A stretch of DNA of 64,000 nt from positions 4,288,001 through 4,352,000 of the forward strand of contig CBDCOX010000002.1 of assembly GCA_965219995.1 (NCBI GenBank), read 5' to 3'. Source of the stretch: Candidatus Latescibacterota bacterium. GTDB lineage: Bacteria > Latescibacterota > UBA2968 > GCA-2709665. The number at the start of each line of letters is the position of its first letter. Positions within the stretch are counted from its first letter, which is position 1. Below are positions 8,916 to 19,109 of the stretch, one piece after another. Position numbers and translations under genes: made by a program. The notes under the pieces are model-generated. The model saw only the letters and a list, made by a program, of their open reading frames with translations. It made no database searches and was not told where the DNA came from.

Positions 8916-10700
8916 TCAATCGGCACTACCGGCCGCTTTCGCGTTCGGGTCGGCGGCGGCCTTCCGCAACGCCTCGACAACGCCTGCATTCTTGATTGTC
9001 TTTTTTGCCGCCGCGAGATCCAACGGCGTTCGATTATTAGCCGCTTTCGCGTTCGGATTGGCGCCGCCCTTCAAAAGCGCCTCGACAACGCCTGCATTCT
9101 CGTTGTACTGCGCCGCGAGATGCAACGGCCTTAAGTTATATGCCGCTCTCGCGTTCGGGTCGGCGCCGGCCTCCAGCAGCGCCTCGACAACCGTTGCATT
9201 CTCACAATACGCTGCCGCGATATGCAACGGCCGTTTTTTTTCACTCGCTTTCGAATGAACGTTGGCGCCGGCCTTCAGCAATGCCTCGACAACGCCTGCA
9301 CTCTCGTTTTCCTTCGCCGCGATATGCAACGGCCTTAAATTATATGCCGCTTTGGCGTTCGGGTCGGCGCCGCCCTTCAAAAGCGCCTCGACAACGCCTG
9401 CATTCTCACAATACACCGCATAATGCAACGGCCGGAGATTTTCATCCGCTTTCGCGTTCGGGTCGGCGCCGCCCTTCAGCAACGCACCGACAACGCCTGC
9501 ATTCTCGTTTTCCTTCGCAGCGAGATGCAGCGGCCGTAAATTTTTTTCCGCTTTCGCGTTCGGGTCGGCGCCGCCCTTCAAAAGCGCATCGACGACGCCC
9601 GCATTCTCGTTGTACTGCGCCGCGAGATGCAACGGCCGATTACGAGTGAGAGACGTTTTCGCGTTCGGGTCGGCGCCGGCCTTCAAAAGCGCCTCGACAA
9701 CGCCTGCACTCTCGTTTTCCTTCGCCGCGAGATGCAACGGCCGGAAATTTTCATCCGCTTTGGCGTTCGGGTCGGCGCCGCCCTTCAAAAGCGCCTCGAC
9801 AACGCCTGCATTCTCGTTGTACTTTGCCGCAAAATGCAACGGTCGATGATTGAACGGTCCTTTCGCGTTCGGGTCGGCGCCGCCCTTCAGCAGCGCCTCG
9901 ACAACGCCTGCATTCTCGTTTCCTCTCGCCGCACAATGCAACGGCCGAACATTCATATCTGCTTTGGCGTTCGGGTCGGCGCCGCCCTTCAAAAGCGCAT
10001 CGACGACGCCCGCATTCTCGTTGTACTGCGCCGCGAGATGCAACGGCCGATTACGAGTGAGAGACGTTTTCGCGTTCAGGTCGGCGCCGCCCTTCAGCAG
10101 CGCCTCCACAATGGCTGCATTCTCGTTGTACCACGCCGCGAGATGTAACGGCCGTAAATTGAACACCGCTGCTTTCGCGTTCGGGTCGGCGTCGGCCTTC
10201 AACAGCGCCTCGACAACCGCCGCATTCTCGTTGTACCACGCCGCATAATGCAACGGTGTCGAGCTATGTTTGTCACGCGCCATGGGAGATTTTCCGAACG
10301 TGAGGCAAGCTGTCACCTCGTCGAGCGTCGCCGTCTTAAAATATCCGTCTGTGTTCCACCCTTCGCACATCAGCCCAAGTGCGTCGCGATAATACCGACC
10401 TTCACGCCCCGCTCTATGCATATACTCCTTCGCCGACGCAATCACGGTCCTGGTGGAATCCGCGACTTTTGCAGACCAGAAGTAGAATTCCTTCGGTAAT
10501 TCCAATTCATGCCTTTTGCTCAACTCGAGAACGTCTTGTAATAGAGTCCGGGCGCGATCCACGTCCGCATTTTGCACGGCCTGCTCCAATTGGACCAGGC
10601 GAGAGTCGATCAGATTCTCCGGGGGCAACTGGGAAAATGAGGGACAATGAAACAACAATAGGGACACCGAGAGTATTGCCAATACGAAAAGAAGCTTCAT
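8916..10700 (-). CDS. Secreted ankyrin-repeat protein with 13 near-identical repeats (594 aa)
   Basis: ATG 10700 with GGGAGG RBS and signal MKLLFVLAILSV; repeats RPLHxAAxxNENAGVVEALLKGGADPNAK. Confidence 0.92.
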   Translation of the reverse strand: MKLLFVLAILSVSLLLFHCPSFSQLPPENLIDSRLVQLEQAVQNADVDRARTLLQDVLELSKRHELELPKEFYFWSAKVADSTRTVIASAKEYMHRAGREGRYYRDALGLMCEGWNTDGYFKTATLDEVTACLTFGKSPMARDKHSSTPLHYAAWYNENAAVVEALLKADADPNAKAAVFNLRPLHLAAWYNENAAIVEALLKGGADLNAKTSLTRNRPLHLAAQYNENAGVVDALLKGGADPNAKADMNVRPLHCAARGNENAGVVEALLKGGADPNAKGPFNHRPLHFAAKYNENAGVVEALLKGGADPNAKADENFRPLHLAAKENESAGVVEALLKAGADPNAKTSLTRNRPLHLAAQYNENAGVVDALLKGGADPNAKAEKNLRPLHLAAKENENAGVVGALLKGGADPNAKADENLRPLHYAVYCENAGVVEALLKGGADPNAKAAYNLRPLHIAAKENESAGVVEALLKAGANVHSKASEKKRPLHIAAAYCENATVVEALLEAGADPNARAAYNLRPLHLAAQYNENAGVVEALLKGGANPNAKAANNRTPLDLAAAKKTIKNAGVVEALRKAAADPNAKAAGSAD

Positions 10701-10941
10701 TGCAAGACCTCCCTTGCGCGTATGGCCGGTATTTGGCACGTTTTCGGCCTGCCATCCTGCCTGCGTGCCCCGTAAACGTTTTTCCGGTTGGGCGGGGCCT
10801 TTTACTTGCTTTAATCCTCCGTTACCCCCTTTCGAATGTCTTTCGCCCTTGCGGCAGCGGACGCCGACGCAAGGCGCCACCGCTTGACCGCTCCCGACGG
10901 GCGACGTAGGTTCAATCTCGATTCAAAGGAAAAGGCGCAAT

Positions 10942-11587
10942 CACACCTGTCCAAAACGGATTTGACTAACTACGAAAATCGCGAAAATACACGAAATAAA
11001 TGGCTGGAAAAATCGTCCACAACCATTGGCGAAACGAGTCTGTCCTACCTTCGAGAAGACTGTCACGTTGAGGAGGCCGTCAGGCAGTCGATGCGTCCGC
11101 GCACAAGTTCATCTACAATTGGCATGTACTACATTTACAATCGAGAATACGGGAGATTCTTCGCTGCGCTATGATTGACGTGCTTTGCGATTACCCTTGG
11201 CGAAACGCTGAGCCCACACCTTCGCAGAACATGTCATCCTGAGGAGGCCAGCGCGCTCAGAATGACATGTTTTAAGATTGTCATGCACGTGGCTTCCCGC
11301 TGTCATCCAGAGGAGGCATTCAGGCCGACGAAGGATCTACTGCAGCATCGTTTCATCCTTGTGTGATTTGCACGTGTCGATACCTGAGAGGCAGCACGTC
11401 CGCCTGCAGCGCTGGACGGAAGCGGCGAAAGATTCTTCGACTCCGCTCAGAATGACACGCGTTGCAACAAACACCGACCGATGGCAACCTGGTTTCCGTT
11501 ATCCGGGGCAGACCCGTACAAGATCGCGAATTGAAGCCACTTTTCGAACCATACATCTGAGAATCTCACGGTTCTTGGACAGCTGTG
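10942..11587. mobile_element. 646-bp non-autonomous element (MITE or IS relic) carrying REP-like hairpins
   Basis: Terminal inverted repeats CACACCTGTCCAA / TTGGACAGCTGTG; 9-bp flanking duplication AGGCGCAAT (10933-10941, 11588-11596); uninterrupted paralogous site at ~18984. Confidence 0.85.
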
Positions 11588-11726
11588 AGGCGCAATGAAT
11601 AATCTGGCAGTGCGCACTTTCCGTCATCCAATGCGCCAGACGCGCAGACTACCGTACAATGAGAGTGTTTTCGCTGGCAAATTTGCGCCTTACGCCGTTT
11701 ATGGCGATCTCCCCACCAGCCGGTAT

Positions 11727-12050
11727 TCATCCGCGCGCGTGAGCGAATGGGCGCACATCCCGTCGCGTTCCGTGCCTGCAACGTCCACCCACCTGTCCCC
11801 ATGCGTCCGCAAAGAGGAGCAAGTCGGCAAAATAGGTCCGTCCATCGCCGTCGAAATCGCCAGGGCACGCCGCTGCTTGCGTAAACGACAGCTTTGCGAC
11901 ACCCACCCCCAAGCGCGTCCACGTCGCGTCCGCTGGTCATCTCCATGCGCTTCGACGCCGAGAAATCGCCGCCTCATATCCGAAACAAGCAGATCCCGCT
12001 GGCCACGACACGGACTGACGTGTACCGTCCGTCCCACGTCGTGGTGAACG
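11727..12050 (-). pseudogene. Mosaic relic: FlgD-Ig tail, cohesin-like tail and degenerate dockerin
   Basis: Minus strand reads ...GDFSASKRM|EMTSGRDVD then LSFTQAAACPGDFDGDG; frameshifted. Confidence 0.7.
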
Positions 12051-12201
12051 ATCACTCTGGCGCCGTTGGTCGGTCCCTGAATGACCCGACTGAACTCACG
12101 TGGAACCCAGGCTCGTGCCACCCGTCGATTCCCAGATTGTCAGCCTGGTTCCAAACGGTTGGTCGAATCTCCTCCCCACTGGGTCCGAAACCGCGACCGG
12201 A

Positions 12202-14157
12202 TCAAGGCACGGCGGTGATTCGATAATCATTGCCCGAACGGGTGCCCTGCAATCCGTTCAGGTTGAAGCCCGAGCTGCAGAATCTTCCCGTACCGAAGGC
12301 CGTAAACTGATAGCACCCCCCACCGATATTGATAAACTCCGCACGACCCACGGAACACCTTTGATTCGGCTTCACCACCATTCCTACCGTGCACGCACCC
12401 AGGTTGTTGCCGCTACCACCGCCGCCACTGCCGGCGCTAAAGCCCGCGTGAACCGTATAGCTGCCGGTGGTCTGGTCGTCGTACCCTTTCACTTCGACGT
12501 AGTAAGTGCCGGAACTCACGGTGCGTTCGATGCTGAAATTGCCACCGCTGCCACTGTCGTCATCGCTGTCCAGAGACGTGCCCGAATCGTCATACAACGT
12601 GCCATACGTATCGGTGCTACCTGTTGAGTAGACCGTCAACGTACCGGCGCCGCCAACCTGTACACTGAAGTAATCCACGTCGCCGCCGGTCTCGATACGT
12701 CCCGAACTCGAATTGCCCGGAGACAGGCTCGTCGCGTCCGAACGGCTATTGCCGTGGTCATCGGAGCCGCCCTCGCCAGGCATTGTCGTGGTACCCTCAA
12801 CAATCGTGGACCACGTATCCGGAGAGCCGGTATTGCAGGAAGAGGAGTTCCGGTACCGATAACGCATCTCGTAGGTTGTGTTCGGCTCACGACCGGAAAT
12901 GAACGCGATATAGTATTGCGTAACGGTGTTGTTTGATGCGTTCCGCGGCTCCAGGCACCCTTCTATCCAGCTTCCTTGAGGCGTCTTTCGCCGAATCTGT
13001 ATGTCATAGGCTCGAGTTTCTCCGGCGCGCCATGTATCCAGAATGCCGAAATAAAGCGAATCGGCAGTTGCACGCGCAAAGACCGGGTCGCTCAGATCGG
13101 AAAGACGCCAATTTACTTCGTCAGCCGTAATTCCGTCGTCACACGTCAAGCTGAGGTCGCCCGTAGTCGAGGAGTTAAAGGTCAATTGCATCACACAGCG
13201 TCCACCGTACTCTCCCTGGTCATATTCCTGCGTCACTGTGCCGGTATTCGTACCGGTATTCGTATATGTGTAGCTACCGGGCAATCTGCCGACGTCTTCG
13301 GTGAATCGTCCTGCAGACACAAAATCGACAAAATAGAACCTTGTCACCAAACGATTGCCAACAACAAGACTGTTGAAGGCTGACTGATCTGCCGGGGCAA
13401 TGCCCGCCGGCGTTCCGCCCTGACCGCCACCCCCGCCGCCAACGGGATAGGTCGCGCCGAACGTAATCGCAAACGCCAGGAAGTCCGACAGGTTGATGCT
13501 GCCGTCATTGTCGAAGTCTCCCCGCGCGTCGTAGCCGGCCTCCCCCGACGAAGTGCCGAACATGCTCGCAAAGGCCAGGAAATCCGACAGATCCACATTC
13601 CCGTCGTTGTTGAAATCTCCCGCGTTGCCGCCGGCCGCAAACGTGATCTCAGCGGCGCCCACGGCCAGTTGATCCACGTCGCGTCCGCTGGTCATCTCCA
13701 TACGTTTCACCACAAGCTTCGCGCCGGCATCCAGCTCGCGCGTTACGGTTACGTTCACCTGGCCCAGATATCCCGACGAAGGTACCGTCGCTCCCGAAAT
13801 GAACAGCGCCGACAGCGTGGCTGCGCCGCGGCCGATCAGCGCGTTGCCGTTCCAGTCCACGCCCGATACCGTTCCTACGTGGTTTGCAAGGGTCTTGCCC
13901 GGCACGTCCAGTTCCAACGTGTACCCGTTCGTGGTATTCCCCCCGCCGGCAGGCGCGAAAAGCTGGAAGCGGATCGTGTCTCCCGCCTTCGGTACCGGAA
14001 GCGTCTTCGCGTTGTTGTTCGTCGCCGGTGTCTCGATCTGCGTATCCACGTGCAGTGCCGCACCCGAGAACACCCCGAGCAACTTCATCGCGTACGCAGG
14101 CGCGCACAGCAATACCGCCAGAAACACCCACGGTCCGATGCGTTTGAAGATCGACAT
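12202..14157 (-). CDS. Secreted modular protein: cohesin-like, dockerin-like, unknown/FN3-like, PPC-like and Cys-containing tail domains
   Basis: ATG 14157 with GGAGG; paired GDF(N/D)NDG loops; PNTTYEMRYR (FN3-like); DDHGN...GDVDYF (PPC-like); Gly linkers. Confidence 0.88.
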   Translation of the reverse strand: MSIFKRIGPWVFLAVLLCAPAYAMKLLGVFSGAALHVDTQIETPATNNNAKTLPVPKAGDTIRFQLFAPAGGGNTTNGYTLELDVPGKTLANHVGTVSGVDWNGNALIGRGAATLSALFISGATVPSSGYLGQVNVTVTRELDAGAKLVVKRMEMTSGRDVDQLAVGAAEITFAAGGNAGDFNNDGNVDLSDFLAFASMFGTSSGEAGYDARGDFDNDGSINLSDFLAFAITFGATYPVGGGGGGQGGTPAGIAPADQSAFNSLVVGNRLVTRFYFVDFVSAGRFTEDVGRLPGSYTYTNTGTNTGTVTQEYDQGEYGGRCVMQLTFNSSTTGDLSLTCDDGITADEVNWRLSDLSDPVFARATADSLYFGILDTWRAGETRAYDIQIRRKTPQGSWIEGCLEPRNASNNTVTQYYIAFISGREPNTTYEMRYRYRNSSSCNTGSPDTWSTIVEGTTTMPGEGGSDDHGNSRSDATSLSPGNSSSGRIETGGDVDYFSVQVGGAGTLTVYSTGSTDTYGTLYDDSGTSLDSDDDSGSGGNFSIERTVSSGTYYVEVKGYDDQTTGSYTVHAGFSAGSGGGGSGNNLGACTVGMVVKPNQRCSVGRAEFINIGGGCYQFTAFGTGRFCSSGFNLNGLQGTRSGNDYRITAVP

Positions 14158-14216
14158 ACTATCCTCCCTCAAGAGTACTCATCTGTTGGTACGGATACAT
14201 CACTACCCGTACCCGA

Positions 14217-15026
14217 TTATTTCAACAGCAACATGCGCTTCGACGCCGAGAAATCGCCGGCTCGCATCCGATACACGTACACGCCGCTGGCCACGACGCG
14301 GCCAAACGCGTCCCTCCCGTCCCACGTGGCCGTATACGTACCGGCCTGCAGCGTTTCGTTCACCAGAACCCGCACCTCCTGACCCAGCAGATTGTACACG
14401 GCCAACCGCACGTACCCCTCCTCCGGCAGCCGATAGCCGATTTCTGTCGACGGATTGAACGGATTCGGCGCACACTGATCCAGGACGTATTGGTCCGGCA
14501 GCGGCTTCAGGTCGGCGACCTCGACGTGCGACAACCGGTCCACAGCGCCGTCCACACCGACCAATACGCCTTCCGAAATCACGAAATCCGACGCCGGCGC
14601 GCCACCGATGGCTCTGAAGACCAACTCAACGAGCGCGCCCTCGCCGCTGCCGCCCTCGCCGTCGACTCTGGCGGCGGCAACTGTCAGCTCTCCAGGCGTC
14701 CGATCCGACGTGAGAAACAACGGCTCCTGACGAGCGCCCGAATCGAGCAGGTTGCCGGCTGGTTCTACGGCCTTGAGAAACGCATACCCCGAAGGATCGT
14801 ACTCGAGCCTCAGGCCGTATCCCTTCAACTGCCTCACCTGCGACAGCGAAACACGCAACGTCAGCGTCCCGGCATCGGCAGCCGGATCGCTTATCCGCTC
14901 CACCTTCAGACGCGCCAACGCGTTCTGCCCGCCCGTGATGGTCAGTCCGCGCATCAAGTCTCCCGCCCTTGCCGCGCCTGTCAACACAAACACCGCACCA
15001 ACGGTCGAAATTACCCGAACGAACAT
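14217..15026 (-). CDS. Secreted cohesin-domain protein with a C-terminal FlgD-Ig (T9SS type A-like) domain
   Basis: Signal; LKGYGLRLEYDP...GSGEGALVELVF cohesin pattern; PNPFNPST...YNLLGQEV...WDGRD..G..VASGVY tail. Confidence 0.85.
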   Translation of the reverse strand: MFVRVISTVGAVFVLTGAARAGDLMRGLTITGGQNALARLKVERISDPAADAGTLTLRVSLSQVRQLKGYGLRLEYDPSGYAFLKAVEPAGNLLDSGARQEPLFLTSDRTPGELTVAAARVDGEGGSGEGALVELVFRAIGGAPASDFVISEGVLVGVDGAVDRLSHVEVADLKPLPDQYVLDQCAPNPFNPSTEIGYRLPEEGYVRLAVYNLLGQEVRVLVNETLQAGTYTATWDGRDAFGRVVASGVYVYRMRAGDFSASKRMLLLK

Positions 15027-15170
15027 ACCTGCCTCCTTACGGCGACGTCACCTTCACGGTGACATGGTGAGTACTGCCATTCGTGGAGCGGCCGAACCGA
15101 TTCGTGCGGCCCTCGCACCGGTCTCCGATCAACGCAATGGATCCATGGCCTGAGCTCGATTCCGGCTGCG

Positions 15171-18100
15171 CTACCGCATATCCGCCACACCCTGGACATT
15201 GTTGCCGAGGACCGTCGCGTTCCAGCTGACTCTGCACCTGAGTGTATTTGCGCTCGTAGAGATGATCCCGGAGATCGTGTAACTTTTGGATTGACCGGCC
15301 GACAAAGAGCCAACCAAGCTAACGCCCACCAACCGGTCATTGGCATATCCGGTTAACCTTAAAACCGACACCGACCTGTTCGCTCGAACGGTGCCCCGCA
15401 TTGTGACCGTAACAAGACCACTTACAGAATTGCGTGTGCCCGAGCAACTCCCGGTTATCGTAACCGCATCGGTCGGAGTCGTGCCGCCACCGCCGCCGGA
15501 GGTGACCGTGACGCTTACGCCGGACGAACAGTTGTTGCCGGTATCGCCCTCGCCGCTGACGGCGTCCACACACGCACCGTAGTAAACCGTCCCCGCGCTT
15601 GACGGCGCGGTCAATCCGATCGACTCAGCGCTCGTCCCGGACGCATCCAGCGCCGCCACGGCGTCCGTGCCCACTTCGGTGTCGCTGTCGGAAATCGTTG
15701 CATCCGAAGAACGGTAATACCTCAGCGTCGTGGATCCTGCCGAAGCGTTGCCCTGATTGCGCGCCTTCGTGCTAAGCGTAAACGCCTGTCCGGTCGTCAG
15801 CGTGTTGTCGTCCACCGTCGGTGAATCGACAACCAGATCCGGACTGCCGCCGCCGCCAGATTGGTCGGAAATCGTGTATACATAGACTTTCTCTTCAGTC
15901 CAATCTATCACATAGAATCGGTTCTGAGCATAGGTGATGCCAGACTGAGCCCGGTTGCTGGGATCCAGATCGAAATCCGCGCCCGAAGCACGCTGACCGG
16001 AGGTCGTGTACGCGTAAACTTTGGCATCAATATGATCAACCACGTACAATCGGTTCTTGGCATAGGTAATACCCAACGCTTCCTCATTGCTGGCATCCAG
16101 ATCGAAGTCCGCGCCGGAAGCACGCTGACCGGAACTCGTGTACGCGTAAACTTTCTCATGTGCAGCGTCAACCACGTAGAATCGGTTATTGCCAAAAGTG
16201 ATCCCCAGCGGATCACCGTCGCCTTTATTCAGATCGAAGTCTGCACTGGAAACGCGCTGACCGGAACTCGTGTACGCGTAAACCTTTTCATCCACATAGT
16301 CCACCACGTACAATCGGTTGTTGGCAAAGGTGATACCACCCGGGTAATCATTGTTGGTATCCAGATCGAAGCCTTCACTGGAAAGACGTTGCCCGGAACT
16401 TGCGTATGCATGGACCTTGGCACTCACTCTATAGACCACATAGAATCGGTTGTTGGCATACGTGATGCCCTCTAGTTGACCGTTGGTATTTTCCAGATCG
16501 AAGGACGTGCTTGTCGGGGGCGTTCCGCCGCCGCCCGCCCCCATGCGAAGCTCCATCACGTAGATATCAGTGTCTCTGTCACGGTCACGATTGGAAAGGA
16601 AGGCGATCTGCCGGCCGTCGGGAGACCACGCGTGATTCCAGTCCCCGGCGTCGTTGTGTGTCAGTCTGCGGGAGTTGCTCCCATCGGCGTCCATCACGTA
16701 GATTTCCGAGTTGCCGTCACGACCGGAAAGGAAGGCGATCTGCCGGCCGTCGGGAGACCACACGGGAGACCAGTCACTACCGGCGTTGTGTGTCAGGTTG
16801 CGGGGGTTGCTCCCATCGGCGTCCATCACGTAGATTTCCCAGTTGCCGTCACGGTTGGATTGGAAGGCGATCTGCCGGCCGTCGGGAGACCAGGCGAGAA
16901 ACTCGTCGCGGCCGGCGTTGAGTGTCAGGTTGCGGGGGTTGCTCCCATCGGCGTCCATCACGTAGATTTCCCAGTTGCCGTCACGGTAGGATTGGAAGGC
17001 GATCTGTCGGCCGTCGGGAGACCACGCGAGTACCTGATCCCAGGCGGCGTTGTGTGTCAGGTTGCGGGGGTTGCTCCCTTCGGCGTCCATTACGTAGATT
17101 TCATAGTTGCCGTCACGGTAGGATTGGAAGGCGATGTGCCGGCCGTCGGGAGACCAGGCGGGAAACGCGTCGGAGGCGGCGTTGTGTGCCAGGTTGCGGG
17201 GGTTGCTCCCATCGGCGTCCATTACGTAGATTTCATAGTTGCCGTCACGTTCGGAATGGAAGGCGATGTGCCGGCCGTCGGGAGACCAGGCGGGAAACGC
17301 GTCGGAGGCGGCGTTGTGTGTCAGGTTGCGGGGGTTGCTCCCATCGGCGTCCATTACGTAGATTTCCGAGTTGCCGTCACGTTCGGAAACGAAGGCGATG
17401 TGCCGGCCGTCGGGAGACCAGGCGGGTAGATGGAGGACGGCGGCGGCGTTGTGTGTCAGCCTGCGTATCGTCCCCGCCGTCATACCACCGCCACCTCCCC
17501 CGCCAACGGGATAAGTCGCGCCGAACACCTCCACAAACGCCAGAAAGTCTGACAGGTTTATGCTGCCGTCGTTGTCGAAATCGCCGCGCACGTCGTAGTC
17601 AGCCTCCCCTGGCGACGTGCCGAACATGTTCGCAAAGGCCAGAAAATCCGACAGGTCCACACGCCCGTCGTTGTTGAAATCACCCGCGTTGCCACCGGCC
17701 GTAAACGTGACCTCAGCGGCGCCCACGGCCAGTTGATCCACGTCGCGTCCGCTGGTCACCTCCATGCGTTTCACCGTAAGCTTCGCGCCGGCATCCAGCT
17801 CGCGTGTCACCGATACGCTCACTTGACCCAGATATCCCGACGAAGGGACCGTCGCTCCGGAAATGAACAGCGCCGACAGGGTGGCTGTACCCCGCACGAT
17901 CAAGGCGTTGCCGTTCCAGTCCACGCCCGATACCGTTCCGACGTGGTTTGCAAGGGTCTTGCCCGGCACGTCCAGTTCCAACGTGTATCCGTTCGTGGTA
18001 TTCCCGCCGCCGGCAGGCGCGAACAGTTGGAAGCGGATCGTGTCTCCCGCCTTCGGTACCGGCAGCGTCTTCGCGTTGTTGTGCGTCGCCGGCGTCTCGA

Positions 18101-18221
18101 TTTGCGTATCCACGTGCAGGGCCACACCCGAGAACACCCCCAGAAATTTCATCGCGTACACGGGTGCGTACAGCAATACCGCCAGAAACACCCACGGTCC
18201 GATGCGTCTGTACATGCACAT
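15171..18221 (-). CDS. Secreted modular protein: cohesin-like, dockerin-like, 7x PD40 (TolB-like), 5x NHL-like repeats, CARDB-like and C-terminal beta domain
   Basis: N-terminal ~240 aa nearly the same as 12202..14157; WSPDGRxIAF x7; FDL...GIT(Y/F)xxNRxYV x5; PDLVV..RNQG..YYGACVD. Confidence 0.9.
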   Translation of the reverse strand: MCMYRRIGPWVFLAVLLYAPVYAMKFLGVFSGVALHVDTQIETPATHNNAKTLPVPKAGDTIRFQLFAPAGGGNTTNGYTLELDVPGKTLANHVGTVSGVDWNGNALIVRGTATLSALFISGATVPSSGYLGQVSVSVTRELDAGAKLTVKRMEVTSGRDVDQLAVGAAEVTFTAGGNAGDFNNDGRVDLSDFLAFANMFGTSPGEADYDVRGDFDNDGSINLSDFLAFVEVFGATYPVGGGGGGGMTAGTIRRLTHNAAAVLHLPAWSPDGRHIAFVSERDGNSEIYVMDADGSNPRNLTHNAASDAFPAWSPDGRHIAFHSERDGNYEIYVMDADGSNPRNLAHNAASDAFPAWSPDGRHIAFQSYRDGNYEIYVMDAEGSNPRNLTHNAAWDQVLAWSPDGRQIAFQSYRDGNWEIYVMDADGSNPRNLTLNAGRDEFLAWSPDGRQIAFQSNRDGNWEIYVMDADGSNPRNLTHNAGSDWSPVWSPDGRQIAFLSGRDGNSEIYVMDADGSNSRRLTHNDAGDWNHAWSPDGRQIAFLSNRDRDRDTDIYVMELRMGAGGGGTPPTSTSFDLENTNGQLEGITYANNRFYVVYRVSAKVHAYASSGQRLSSEGFDLDTNNDYPGGITFANNRLYVVDYVDEKVYAYTSSGQRVSSADFDLNKGDGDPLGITFGNNRFYVVDAAHEKVYAYTSSGQRASGADFDLDASNEEALGITYAKNRLYVVDHIDAKVYAYTTSGQRASGADFDLDPSNRAQSGITYAQNRFYVIDWTEEKVYVYTISDQSGGGGSPDLVVDSPTVDDNTLTTGQAFTLSTKARNQGNASAGSTTLRYYRSSDATISDSDTEVGTDAVAALDASGTSAESIGLTAPSSAGTVYYGACVDAVSGEGDTGNNCSSGVSVTVTSGGGGGTTPTDAVTITGSCSGTRNSVSGLVTVTMRGTVRANRSVSVLRLTGYANDRLVGVSLVGSLSAGQSKSYTISGIISTSANTLRCRVSWNATVLGNNVQGVADMR

Positions 18222-18361
18222 TCATTCCTCCCTTTGAATTATCCTTTGATGGTGCGGATCCTTCTCAATCCATACCCTGCCCGCTTTCACGCCGGGTCTC
18301 TGTCTAGCGGCTGAAATTGAGTTGGGTGCGCGCGGTCCTCAGCGCATCGCTTCTTCCTGCG

Positions 18362-18803
18362 TCAAGGCACGGCAGTGATTCGATAATCATTGCCCGAACG
18401 ACTGCCCTGCAGGCCGTTCAGATTGAAACCCGAACTGCAGAATCTTCCCGTACCGAAGGCCGTATACTGATAGTACACGCCACCGATATTGATAAACTCC
18501 GCACTACCCACGGAACACCTCTGATTGGGCTTCACCACCATCCCCACCGCGCACGTACCCAGGTTGTAGCCACTACCGCCGTCATTGTCGCAGTTCACCA
18601 CGCTGCTCTTGTATTCAATACCCTGCAGCCATGCCAGAAACGCCGCGTCCAATCAGCGCGTTGCCGTTCCAATCAACCCCCGATACCGTTCCGATATGGT
18701 TTGCAAGGGTCTTACCGGGCACGTCGAGTGCAGGAGAAGCCTGGACGACGGCCAGCGGCAATAGAATGAGGCCGATCAATAACAAGCGTTTTCTCGCCAA
18801 CAT
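18362..18803 (-). pseudogene. Mosaic pseudogene matching three neighbouring genes
   Basis: RBS and signal (MLARKRLLLI), cohesin-like piece LDVPGKTLANHIG, frameshift, LRR cap DAAFLAWLQGIEY, then the tail of 12202..14157. Confidence 0.8.
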
Positions 18804-19109
18804 CGGATACACTCCTTTTTTGACCTTTTCGAGCTTCACGGACGTTCCGCGGGAGCGGCAGGACGTCGCCGGCATCTCGGTTGCCACCTCTGCCGGCAGG
18901 TGATCGCCCTTGCGGTGGCCGATGCCGCCACCACTTGACCGCTCCCGACGTGCAATGTTGGTTCAATCTCGATTCAAAAGAAAAGGCGCAATGAATAATC
19001 TGGCCGTGCGCATTTTCCGTCATCCAATGCGCCAGACGCGCAGACTACCGTACAATGAGCGTGTTTTCGCTGGCGTATTTGCGCCTTACGCCGTTTATGG
19101 TGATCTCCC

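Noticed and set aside
10734-10748. sigma54-like TGGCACG-N4-CGGC on the + strand
   Set aside because: Poor -12 box and it points away from any intact gene.
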